In this document: positions 39,004 through 46,688 of the stretch, in pieces
Layout: each line of letters begins with the position of its first letter
Position numbering within the stretch: the stretch's first letter is position 1
Source of the DNA: an uncultured bacterium
Lineage (GTDB): Bacteria > Verrucomicrobiota > Verrucomicrobiia > Verrucomicrobiales > DEV007
NCBI GenBank assembly: GCA_963977015.1
Contig: CAXBMO010000036.1
Coordinates: forward strand, 1 to 46,688
DNA: 46,688 nt
Direction of reading: 5' to 3'
Notes under the pieces: generated by a model
What the model was told of the DNA's origin: nothing
The model's input: only the letters and a program-made list of their open reading frames with translations
Database searches by the model: none
Position numbers and translations under genes: made by a program

Positions 39004-39660
39004 TTCAATCTTGGTCAACGTTTCAATTGCATCTCGCGCGTACTTTACTGGATCAGCCTCGATACCGTCTTCGGTCAAGTGCTGAAATTTTGCAATTACG
39101 CGCTTGAGGTAGGGGATCGCTTCCGGCTCACCGATTTCTTCAAGCGCAAGAACGGCCATTGAAGGATCTATCCGCCGGTTGCAATCTCGGTCTAGATTTC
39201 GCCCAATGCGATGCAGGTATCGCTTGCCGCCAAACTTTCCCAAATATTCTAGAGCTTGAATATAATGATCATCTCCGAAAAGCGCACAACGAATCCAGCC
39301 AATAGTCCAATGCGGTGCATCCAGAATCGGCGCAATCCATTGTTCGACAAATGGCAGAAGATATTCGTTCTCATGTTCCATAGCTCGGTCAATAAAGTTC
39401 ATCTTATCTTCTGCACTGAGCTTATCACATTTATCAACAAGCTTGATAAACAAGTCCTTGGCCATTTGCGAATTGGCATTCTTTGCAATTGCTGAAACAA
39501 GAAAGGCAATATGCTCGACTTCCGCGTGGGAAGAGGCCGACTCTGCAAGTTGTTCTAAACGTTGTAAATACGCTTCATCTGCAAGTTCACGAGCTTCGTC
39601 ATAAGCGGCACGAGCGTCTTCTTCTTTCAACTGAGCGAGTAAATCATCAATGTATTCCAT
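38998..39660 (-). CDS. Cassette 6: HEAT-repeat-like helical protein
   Basis: Start MEYIDD (39660); ALEYLGKFG..AVLALEEIGEPEAIPYL..ARDAIETL HEAT-like motifs. Confidence 0.75.
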   Translation of the reverse strand: MEYIDDLLAQLKEEDARAAYDEARELADEAYLQRLEQLAESASSHAEVEHIAFLVSAIAKNANSQMAKDLFIKLVDKCDKLSAEDKMNFIDRAMEHENEYLLPFVEQWIAPILDAPHWTIGWIRCALFGDDHYIQALEYLGKFGGKRYLHRIGRNLDRDCNRRIDPSMAVLALEEIGEPEAIPYLKRVIAKFQHLTEDGIEADPVKYARDAIETLTKIED

Positions 39661-39667
39661 ATTGACT

Positions 39668-40090
39668 ATCAAGGTAGGGACACCGGTTGCCCGGCGCCCC
39701 CCTCACAGATCCCGGCGTGCGGATTTCCCGCACCGGGCTCCTCGGAGAATCGCGCACGTTCACGCTTGGTTCTGAAGTCCTGTTGGCTCCCCATCGGATG
39801 ATAAGATGGCAGGATTGCGCTCATAAGGCAAGGCGGGGTTGATAGGCGGGGTCGATTTCTTCCACCACCCTCGCGGGCGGCAGTCGCCACACCGTGGTCC
39901 ACCGGGCTAGCAGCTTTTCCCAGGTAAAGCTTTTGCGCTGGCTGCGCCGATTGAGCCATTTGAAGATCAATCCCTTGACCTCCCGCTCGTTGGTGCCCAG
40001 TCGCTGGCTGTTTCCCAGGACGCCGTAGTAGTTCCAGTGACCCATCAGTTTGGCCCGAAGCCGATCCAGGATCCAGTCCAACGGCTTATC
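39668..40090 (-). mobile_element. Group II intron 3' remnant (maturase X domain, domains V and VI)
   Basis: KLMGHWNYYGVLGN..KWLNRRSQRKSFTW X domain (stop 39821); DV GAGCCCGGTGCGGGAAATCCGCACGCCGGGATC (39740-39708); DVI with bulged A ending CCTACCTTGAT at 39668. Confidence 0.92.
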
Positions 40091-40440
40091 TTGCGTTCGT
40101 TTTGGTAGATCGCACGCAACTTGCGGGAGTTCGCCACAATGACTTCGCATCCCAACTTGTCGAGTAGCCGACTGATCCACGGGCTATGACTTCCCACCTC
40201 CATAGCGATCCGTGCTTTGGGAAAGCGCTTCACCAACATCGCCAACCGTTCCCTGGTATTGGGGATCCGTCATTTCCGCGACAATCTCGCCCTCCGCGTT
40301 GAGGGCACCTATGGCATGTTTGCGATCGCCCAGATCAATCCCCAAGGTCGCTTTCCGATCGATGGCAGGTCGTGTCCTTTTCATCAGCAGAGAGTCTATC
40401 AACCCCGTCCAGCGACGAGGCGCTCTGCCTTCTCATCTAA
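40091..40440 (-). pseudogene. IS110/IS1111-family transposase 5' remnant, frameshifted and truncated
   Basis: ATG 40384, LGIDLGDRKH..(+1 G at ~40268)..IPNTRERL..IAMEVGSHSPW..VIVANSRKLRAIYQNERK; DEDD RuvC domain cut just before KxDxxDA. Confidence 0.9.
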
Positions 40441-41513
40441 TCTTGTTCGGTGTTGTCGGCGTCTCCGTTGTCTACGCCGGACTGCAAATGGTCGTAGCTT
40501 AGATTGTGCCCCATGAAAGTAGGCAAATTCCATTCGCGGCAGATCTCCTCGTGCATGTTCGCCAGATTCTTGAGGCTAGACCAGGTAGCAACCAGATGAT
40601 GAGTGAGAAAAGTACGAACGATGAACTCCTCATCTTCTTGCATGCTTTCTGACAGCTTCTTTGAGTCCGGGAACATCTCTTGAGTGAACCCGCCCTCTGC
40701 TGTGGCTGTGTCGATCAAGTTTGCCGTGCGTGAAGCTAATCGGTGACAGTCTGCTATTGGCGTCCACATTGGGGTGGTCTCCCAAAAATCATACTCGAGT
40801 ATTCCCCGTAAAAAGTGGCGTATTGTGAGGAGTTCGGCGGACTCAATTAGCTCTTCGATCGGGAGATAAGAGAGATGATCGTGTAGATACCGGAGTTCGT
40901 GTTCTTGGTACGTAAACTTGGTGAATGCCGCGTAAAGTTTAGGGCGCTTCGCATAGAATTTCAGGGCAGTCAGGGAGTGTTCCTCGAGGGTCAGCTCATT
41001 CTCGATAGGAATCCAAATCGTCTTGTTCCCTTTCGACGAAAACGTGGGATCAGACGGCAAAACGACCTTGTCAATTAGGTCATTGAGGCAAACGAAGAAA
41101 ACTCTTCCAGAATTCAATTCGACTAAGAAGAGTACGACAGGCAATGCCGGACTCATTGCCTGAACTGTTAGAAGCTCACCGACCTCAATGGTCAGCGGGA
41201 TAACGGTGATATCTTTGGATTCATCGGGGTTCTCCGTCAGCGGCTTCTTCTCAACGTTGTAGAGTGGGTGAACGGAAACAGATCTCGTCTGAACTTTGTG
41301 CGTCGACTTTATCTGGCCGAAGAATGTCTCTCCAAGCGTGTCGGCTTTTGTTCGCTCTTCATCGACGTATTGGAAAAGCTCGACGGCAATATCAATTCCA
41401 TAGTCTGGCTTGTAATCGCGAATCACCCACTCTTCAGGAAGCAGGCCTTTAAGCACCTCACGGCTCTTATCCTCCATGATGTGTTGCTGAACGCGCCGTT
41501 TCGGGTGAGCCAT
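40437..41513 (-). CDS. Cassette 5: DUF4365-type PD-(D/E)XK-like nuclease domain protein
   Basis: LPEEWVIRDYKPDYGIDIAVELF..FFGQIKST; its R'' ACCGAAC (40445-40451) matches the cassette start GTTCGGT. Confidence 0.8.
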   Translation of the reverse strand: MAHPKRRVQQHIMEDKSREVLKGLLPEEWVIRDYKPDYGIDIAVELFQYVDEERTKADTLGETFFGQIKSTHKVQTRSVSVHPLYNVEKKPLTENPDESKDITVIPLTIEVGELLTVQAMSPALPVVLFLVELNSGRVFFVCLNDLIDKVVLPSDPTFSSKGNKTIWIPIENELTLEEHSLTALKFYAKRPKLYAAFTKFTYQEHELRYLHDHLSYLPIEELIESAELLTIRHFLRGILEYDFWETTPMWTPIADCHRLASRTANLIDTATAEGGFTQEMFPDSKKLSESMQEDEEFIVRTFLTHHLVATWSSLKNLANMHEEICREWNLPTFMGHNLSYDHLQSGVDNGDADNTEQD

Positions 41514-41522
41514 TGTTTTTTG

Positions 41523-41648
41523 ACCGAACGATTGAGCGATGTCACTGCCTGCCGACAGCGCACTCCGACTTCTGGGTTAAGGTTTGAACGTTCATTCGGC
41601 TTCCGACTCAGCGCGGGCAGGCAGTTGATCATCCGCGTCTTGTTCGCT
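41523..41648 (-). other. attC site of cassette 4 (126 bp)
   Basis: AGCGAAC AAGACGCGGATGATCAACTGCCTGCC...GGCAGGCAGTGACATCGC..GTTCGGT; near copy of 44545-44670. Confidence 0.92.
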
Positions 41649-42146
41649 GTTGGTGGTTCGAGATAGCTGGTCGACCTTCTTGAGCAGTGTGGGAAATCGA
41701 TACGATCCATGCATCGATGCAATCTTATTGGCGGCTTCCGCGTAAGACAACCCGATTGCAGTGACAAATAGAGGACGCTCGCTGTCGCCCCTCAATACTT
41801 CAACGGCGTGCTGTGAATTCCGAAACCGATTCTTCGCAACGCCAACTATAATCGGCTCGCCAGACAAGCTCTCTTCGAGATGTGCTCCTAGGCCACCTTC
41901 GCCGTCTTCCGATAGATGGCAATATCCGTCGATCACGAAAACGGAAACATCCTCCCGGATCTTCGAAATCACGGCCAATAGGGGCTGCAACTCGCGAAGA
42001 TAGAACTGACCTGGCGTGTAATCACCGCAGTCCTCGGTTGACACCGCATACGTCCCCATAGCGCGCTCTGAATCCCAACTCTCAAACACAACCGCGGCGG
42101 CAGTGGCCTCCGTATCGGAATAGTAAACATCAAGTGCGGCGATCAT
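41592..42146 (-). CDS. Cassette 4b: endonuclease V family protein
   Basis: MIAALDVYY, YTPGQFYLREL, VIDGY, GLGAHL, IVGVAK, RPLFVTA, MHGSYRFPTLLKKVD; ATGA overlap with upstream gene. Confidence 0.88.
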   Translation of the reverse strand: MIAALDVYYSDTEATAAAVVFESWDSERAMGTYAVSTEDCGDYTPGQFYLRELQPLLAVISKIREDVSVFVIDGYCHLSEDGEGGLGAHLEESLSGEPIIVGVAKNRFRNSQHAVEVLRGDSERPLFVTAIGLSYAEAANKIASMHGSYRFPTLLKKVDQLSRTTNSEQDADDQLPARAESEAE

Positions 42147-42709
42147 CGAATCCTCCCGTCCAGAAAGTGAACAGGATGTCCCGCGATTATCTGGTCGAAA
42201 CAGCCTTCGATCCAACGCGTAAACGAAGACTCCTCACAGAAGATCGGTGGATTCAGGGCATGGTCTCCCCACGAGAACACTCTGCCGCGATGCTCTCCAG
42301 TCACGATCAACGAGAAGAACAATCCGCAGCCGATCTCTGCGACTGCGATTGTGCCAAACATCGGATCCCATTCATTATTATCCCATCGGTTGCTCCAATC
42401 CGCTGGTGCTGCGCGGTCTAACCACGCTTCGCCGTGGCTCTCTGCCTCGGGTGTAATGATAGATGGTACAGCAATCATCAATGGATTTGCGCAATCAATC
42501 CAGTATGAGTGATCCCAGTGTGCCAATGGGACTAGGCGACATGGAGAAGTCCCACCATTAGCGACATGCGATAGGAAGTCACGATATTCATCTGGCAGTT
42601 TCACCCCGGCAGCGTTCTCTAGGGCTGCGATATCTTCGATCGCGATTGGCGGCTTCGTTTGCACTCTCGCCTTCCGAGCCTTTGCTGCGAGTGACTGGAT
42701 GGGCGTCAT
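42143..42709 (-). CDS. Cassette 4a: SMI1/KNR4 (SUKH) family protein
   Basis: IAALENAAGVKLPDEYRDFLSHVANGG..IAVAEIGCG..LIVTGEHRGRVF..SFTRW. Confidence 0.9.
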   Translation of the reverse strand: MTPIQSLAAKARKARVQTKPPIAIEDIAALENAAGVKLPDEYRDFLSHVANGGTSPCRLVPLAHWDHSYWIDCANPLMIAVPSIITPEAESHGEAWLDRAAPADWSNRWDNNEWDPMFGTIAVAEIGCGLFFSLIVTGEHRGRVFSWGDHALNPPIFCEESSFTRWIEGCFDQIIAGHPVHFLDGRIR

Positions 42710-42715
42710 TTCTTC

Positions 42716-42840
42716 AGCGAACGTTCAAGAGCACTCAGCCCTGACGGAGAGCGCGGGTTGATTGTGGAACAAACTGGCGAATCAGAAAAGTCATTTCAAC
42801 TCCGGCGCGGTCAGGGCTTGAGTGCCTCGGCTTGTTCGAT
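42716..42840 (-). other. attC site of cassette 3 (125 bp)
   Basis: ATCGAAC..GCACTCAAGCCCTGAC...GTCAGGGCTGAGTGC..GTTCGCT. Confidence 0.92.
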
Positions 42841-43317
42841 GCTTCGTTTGAGGGCCCGCTTCGCAATCTCAACGATCTCCTCCGGCGAAGCGTCCGATGC
42901 GAACTTACCAATCTCCCGGACTTCCCGTCGACTCGATTCGAAAAGGTAGATATGTCCATGCTCTAACTCGATACGTACGTCACTGCGAGGTTCGCAGAAG
43001 AACGAGAGCCGCGTAGATTGTTTGTCGTGCAATCGATCGTGTTTCGTAGTGACTGCGAGAAACGAATCTTTCGGATAGAAAAGAATTGGAGAGAATCGCA
43101 AGCCCTCGATCTCCTCTGAATTCGGATCAGGAGCGTCTTCCAGTTTTCCCGCAAAGGTGAAAAAGCACTGCCACTGCGCCGTAAAACCAGAGTGCTCAAT
43201 GTCGGGCAGCCCCTGAGAAACCAGTAATTCTCGATTGAAGATCAAGTCGCGCTCCTCCTCAGCTGCGCACGCGCAGAGCCATAGCATTGCGGCAATAGAG
43301 GTGACAATTTTCATCAT
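42811..43317 (-). CDS. Cassette 3: hypothetical lipoprotein
   Basis: ATG overlaps R' (GTTCGATG); MMKIVTSIAAMLWLCAC lipobox. Confidence 0.75.
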   Translation of the reverse strand: MMKIVTSIAAMLWLCACAAEEERDLIFNRELLVSQGLPDIEHSGFTAQWQCFFTFAGKLEDAPDPNSEEIEGLRFSPILFYPKDSFLAVTTKHDRLHDKQSTRLSFFCEPRSDVRIELEHGHIYLFESSRREVREIGKFASDASPEEIVEIAKRALKRSIEQAEALKP

Positions 43318-43374
43318 CGAACGTCCTAGTGCACGCACGCGCGTAGCGCGTTGCCGTGCCACGTCTTGTTCGAT
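43316..43374 (-). other. attC site of cassette 2 (59 bp)
   Basis: ATCGAAC AAGAC GTGGCACGGCAACGCGCTACGCGCGTGCGTGCAC TAGGAC GTTCGAT. Confidence 0.92.
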
Positions 43375-43384
43375 ACTTTGGTGT

Positions 43385-44512
43385 TCACGGTTTGGTTTTC
43401 TTCATCTCGTTGATCGCTTCCAAGAGTTGAATAGTAGCACCTCCATCTAAAGCCTCACCGTCGTATCGCACCTCGTATAAGCCTTGAAGATTTGATGGAA
43501 GAGTGACGCCACGTTTCACAAGAAGTATAAATCGCTTTCCATACAGAGCCATTGCGGCACCAATTTCGATCAACACATTTGGGTTTAGCACTACATGCTC
43601 ATTGGCCTCCTGATCAACTAGCTTCAACTCATCTTCAACGTGAATGATTGCGGCGCCGCAATCCCGCATATCATTCATGACTTTGTCAGGAACAGGTTGG
43701 GAGACGGATTGTCTCTCCACAGAAACGACTGCCTCCATCTCGCCGAAAGCTAGGAGCTTCTTGATCGGGTCAACGAACTTTTTGTTCTTACCGTGGGTAA
43801 TGAAGACCTTTCGATTGGCTTCCTTGGTTTGGGTTGGTGGTGGCTCCGAGGAATTGTCTTGTTCTTCCTCATCATCAGCAGGGTCTTCTCGCCCAGTCGA
43901 TGCTCCAAAATCTGCTTCGGAGTCGCCTGCATCCTCGGCGGTCTCCTCTTTGGTAGCCGAGGGAGTGACTCCTGCAAGATCAACATATTGGCGCCCTTTG
44001 ATTTCAGTGATCAAGCCGAGAGCTTCTGCACCCTCAATAATCAGAGCGAGGACGGAAGAGGTCCGATCTTCGGGTACGCCCATGTCATTAAGTACGTTCT
44101 GGGCAATACTGTCCTTGGGAATTGGGCTCCCGTTGTAATGAGTCAGGAACTCTTTCAGCACACGTGGCTTCAGCAAGGCCTCTCGCTTGGCTACGAGGTC
44201 ATCACCCTCCACGGTTGGCCTCACGATTCGCTTCCCCAATGGAGTAAGCGAGATCTCTTCGGCATTGTAGCCGCCATCTGTAAGCCCGTAGGCGATCGAT
44301 GCGCCACAGAGTTGCCGAAACGGGCCGGAGCCGGGTTGCACGTTCATCGCGGACGCAACCTTCAGTGGGGTTGCAGGTTTCGCGGCATAGTTCTCGCTTA
44401 GCGCCTTTGGAATACGCAACGCCTGCTCAAGAGAGTATCCGGGAACATCGGATTGGCTCAGGCGTGTCTGCTTCTTCTTCGGGATCCTTGCTGCTACTTT
44501 CTTCTTTGCCAT
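43385..44512 (-). CDS. Cassette 2: N-terminal wHTH/DUF5343-like domain + acidic linker + CAP12/Pycsar-type TIR domain
   Basis: KVFITHG..PNVLIEIGAAM..LPSNLQG TIR signature with catalytic Glu. Confidence 0.88.
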   Translation of the reverse strand: MAKKKVAARIPKKKQTRLSQSDVPGYSLEQALRIPKALSENYAAKPATPLKVASAMNVQPGSGPFRQLCGASIAYGLTDGGYNAEEISLTPLGKRIVRPTVEGDDLVAKREALLKPRVLKEFLTHYNGSPIPKDSIAQNVLNDMGVPEDRTSSVLALIIEGAEALGLITEIKGRQYVDLAGVTPSATKEETAEDAGDSEADFGASTGREDPADDEEEQDNSSEPPPTQTKEANRKVFITHGKNKKFVDPIKKLLAFGEMEAVVSVERQSVSQPVPDKVMNDMRDCGAAIIHVEDELKLVDQEANEHVVLNPNVLIEIGAAMALYGKRFILLVKRGVTLPSNLQGLYEVRYDGEALDGGATIQLLEAINEMKKTKP

Positions 44513-44544
44513 ATTAGTAAGGTGAGTTTCCTGAGATTATCTTT

Positions 44545-44670
44545 ATCGAACGTCAAAGCGATGTCACTGCCTGCCGACAGCGCGCTCCGACTTCGGGGTT
44601 GATTGTCGAATGATCATTAGAGTTGCGACTCACAGCGGGCAGGCAGTTGATCATCCGCGTCTTGTTAGCT
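44545..44670 (-). other. attC site of cassette 1 (126 bp)
   Basis: AGCTAAC (contains kinase stop)...GTTCGAT with long paired arms. Confidence 0.92.
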
Positions 44671-45999
44671 CTCGTTGTGCCGCTTTAGCGCGTCGGCAAT
44701 CAGTGGGTTTCTGCATTCGACAGCATCAATTCCTCGAATGAAGGAGTTTTCTTTCTCTGCGATCATCGCAACTATTCCATGGGCGATGGAATCCCCATCT
44801 TTGATCGATGTGATGAGTGTGCTGCATGTGCCCATGGCCGCGAAGCGGTTCATTGCATCCGCCCAGTCCACAGCGATGCCCAATGCCTGAAGGCGGACCG
44901 CTTCGTCTTGGCTGGTCGTGAACACGCTCCTCATGTTGTCAGCGACAACCTCCGCGTAGCTGAAACCGAGTCCGTCACTCGCGTCCAACGCACCCTCGTA
45001 CGCGTTTATGAACCCTGGCAATTTCTCAGCAAATACTTCTTGTGATATACTTGCGAAAAACCTTGGGTCGGCCTCGCGAAGAACAGCAAATAGTTCGGCA
45101 GGCTCAAGCGAAAGTGCGAGATCCATGAATTCATTCATCTCGTCACTTCTGTATTTCAGCGATTGCAGGCGATTCTGGATCGTATCGAACTGGGTACGCG
45201 CTAAAGAGGCCGAATTGAGGTTCCCGGTTAGATGGTCAAAGGCAAGCTCCAGTGCCGCTCTAACTTCTGTGATGGAACCAAAACGCTCGTTCGGAGGAAT
45301 TCTGCAGCATTTGTCGATCACGTAGTAGAGTGGCTTCTCAACTGCGCTCGGATCGACGAAGAGAGGGTCGCGACCGGTAAGCACCTGATAGAACGCTCGA
45401 CCGAGCATGAAAATGTCTGCGGCTTCCGATGCGCTCTTAAATCCCCCAGACTCGCGGAATTCAGGAGGAGTGTATCCCTCAGTGCCCCAACCCTGTTGGC
45501 TCAGCGTTTGACGAGTGCTGCTGTTTGGGTCGAGCGCAAATCCCAGATCAGAAATCACAACATTACCGCTGGAATCTCTTAAGAAGTTGGCTGGCTTAAT
45601 ATCACGGTGAAAATGTCCGGCTTCGTGGAGCGCTTCGACGGCATCACACATCGCGAGTAAAAGGCTACGTTGGGCATCGTAGTCTCCCGCAATCTCGGCA
45701 GAAGCGGATACGAGATCACCCTTCTCGTAGATTGGCATTACAAAGTACGGCGGATCATGTTTGAGCTCTGCGTCGAGAACGGTCACGACCATGGGAGACT
45801 CAGCCATCCCTTGCATGAGGCGAACCTCACGCCTGAATCGTTCCCTTAAGCCGTCATCGCCAGAGTGCTTAAAGTACTTTACTGCGACTTCGTCACCTGA
45901 ATCGCTGTCTTTCGCCCCCATGACGCATCCCATGCCGCCAGCGTCGCTAATGCAGCTAAGCACTTCATATCGACCTGCAATAACGTCTCCGATTTTCAT
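44665..45999 (-). CDS. Cassette 1: Hanks-type Ser/Thr protein kinase with helical C-terminal domain
   Basis: GGMGCV, VAVK, HRDIKPAN, SDLG, GTEGYTPPE; no TM segment. Confidence 0.92.
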   Translation of the reverse strand: MKIGDVIAGRYEVLSCISDAGGMGCVMGAKDSDSGDEVAVKYFKHSGDDGLRERFRREVRLMQGMAESPMVVTVLDAELKHDPPYFVMPIYEKGDLVSASAEIAGDYDAQRSLLLAMCDAVEALHEAGHFHRDIKPANFLRDSSGNVVISDLGFALDPNSSTRQTLSQQGWGTEGYTPPEFRESGGFKSASEAADIFMLGRAFYQVLTGRDPLFVDPSAVEKPLYYVIDKCCRIPPNERFGSITEVRAALELAFDHLTGNLNSASLARTQFDTIQNRLQSLKYRSDEMNEFMDLALSLEPAELFAVLREADPRFFASISQEVFAEKLPGFINAYEGALDASDGLGFSYAEVVADNMRSVFTTSQDEAVRLQALGIAVDWADAMNRFAAMGTCSTLITSIKDGDSIAHGIVAMIAEKENSFIRGIDAVECRNPLIADALKRHNES

Positions 46000-46007
46000 T
46001 TCTTTTG

Positions 46008-46027
46008 AGCTAACAGTATATTATTCC
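46008..46027 (-). other. Putative attI site (first recombination point of the array)
   Basis: GGAATAAT-ATACT-GTTAGCT; the core is the exact complement of cassette 1 R'' AGCTAAC; AT-rich and no attC hairpin upstream. Confidence 0.65.
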
Positions 46028-46633
46028 ACTTGAAGGGCTGATATCCAAATCATGAAATTGGACTTAAATGATTAAGGAATATGGATCGTTTGTCTTTGGT
46101 GTTCATGGTGATTCACGATGATTGTGGGAATTGTCAAGATCTGGCTGCCGCCCTGAGATTTGCAAGTGGACTAGCAATACGGGATTTTGCCGCCTTCGAC
46201 AAGGATGTTCCGATATGATGAGGAGTTTTTCTTGGCGCGGGATTTCTCACTTTTGAGATTTTTGAATTGCTCCCGGTTGATGGGGGATCTTGCAATGAAC
46301 GCATGAGGATCGTAGTTCATGAAGATTTTGAGGGGCCTTTGGCCGTTCATCACGAAGAGGCTTTCCGTGCGCTGCGATGGTTAGGGAGCGTCGGTCAACT
46401 TAGCCGGGTCTCCACAGGGGTTTGTTCCTGTGGAACAGAGGCCACCCACCAGCCCATTACCATCCATCCGCTCGCCCCGGGTGGCCTTGCGCCAGTCGCG
46501 CGCTGACGCCGTTTGGCACCGTCAAAAACCAGATCGTGTGGCTGGAAGGAGTCAGCGCTCCACCGGCATGAAGCCGGGGGGGCGATGGGGTTCAGGAGAC
46601 GGTTCTGGTGGTTGATCGAGCACCCACCGGGGC

Positions 46634-46688
46634 GAGCCCGGAGGAGAGCCCGGAGGAGAGCCCGGAGGAGAGCCCGGAGGAGAGCCCG
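46634..46688. repeat. 12-bp tandem repeat GAGCCCGGAGGA (~4.6 copies, runs off window)
   Basis: Directly visible at the window end. Confidence 0.95.

Larger units (their letters stand above)
38209..46014 (-). mobile_element. Integron gene cassette array, 7 cassettes / 8 ORFs, no intI in window
   Basis: Co-oriented ORFs separated by attC hairpins; each cassette's R'' is the reverse complement of the 7-mer at its own 5' boundary (exact in five cassettes, one mismatch in cassette 7, split by the intron in cassette 6). Confidence 0.93.

Noticed and set aside
39821-40180. 119-aa ORF as an intact gene, or as an active RT system (retron/DGR)
   Set aside because: Chimeric frame of IS and intron remnants; no YADD RT core present.
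46100-46140. TTGACA on the minus strand as the Pc promoter -35
   Set aside because: No acceptable -10 hexamer at 16-18 nt spacing.
46171-46615. Short ORFs at the right end as an intI fragment
   Set aside because: No tyrosine recombinase motifs in the frames examined.

Overview
A 46.7 kb GC-rich bacterial window, almost all encoded on the minus strand. The gene content (PVC-type haem protein, ECF/FecR pair, many sulfatases) suggests a Verrucomicrobia/PVC host, which is an inference. From left to right: (1) a peptidoglycan amidase with a 30-bp Pro-rich tandem repeat running off the window edge, missed by the ORF track; (2) an ECF sigma/FecR-headed carbohydrate oxidoreductase operon; (3) an ~11 kb island between two identical 32-bp REP-derived repeats, carrying a MoxR/vWA/VMAP ternary conflict system with four TIR domains, a STAND NTPase and TPR-like repeats, plus an orphan 59-bp attC; (4) an AddAB-like helicase/nuclease pair; (5) a sulfatase cluster; (6) a 7-cassette integron array (38209-46014). 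The array has an attI-like first site but no intI in the window, and its cargo looks defence-related (Ser/Thr kinase, stand-alone TIR, SMI1/KNR4 + endonuclease V, DUF4365-type nuclease, HEAT protein). One attC is destroyed by a fused IS110/IS1111 remnant and a non-class-C group II intron remnant, which sits exactly at GTT^AGTC of the R' core site in the cassette-sense orientation. All domain calls come from motifs read by eye; no searches were run.
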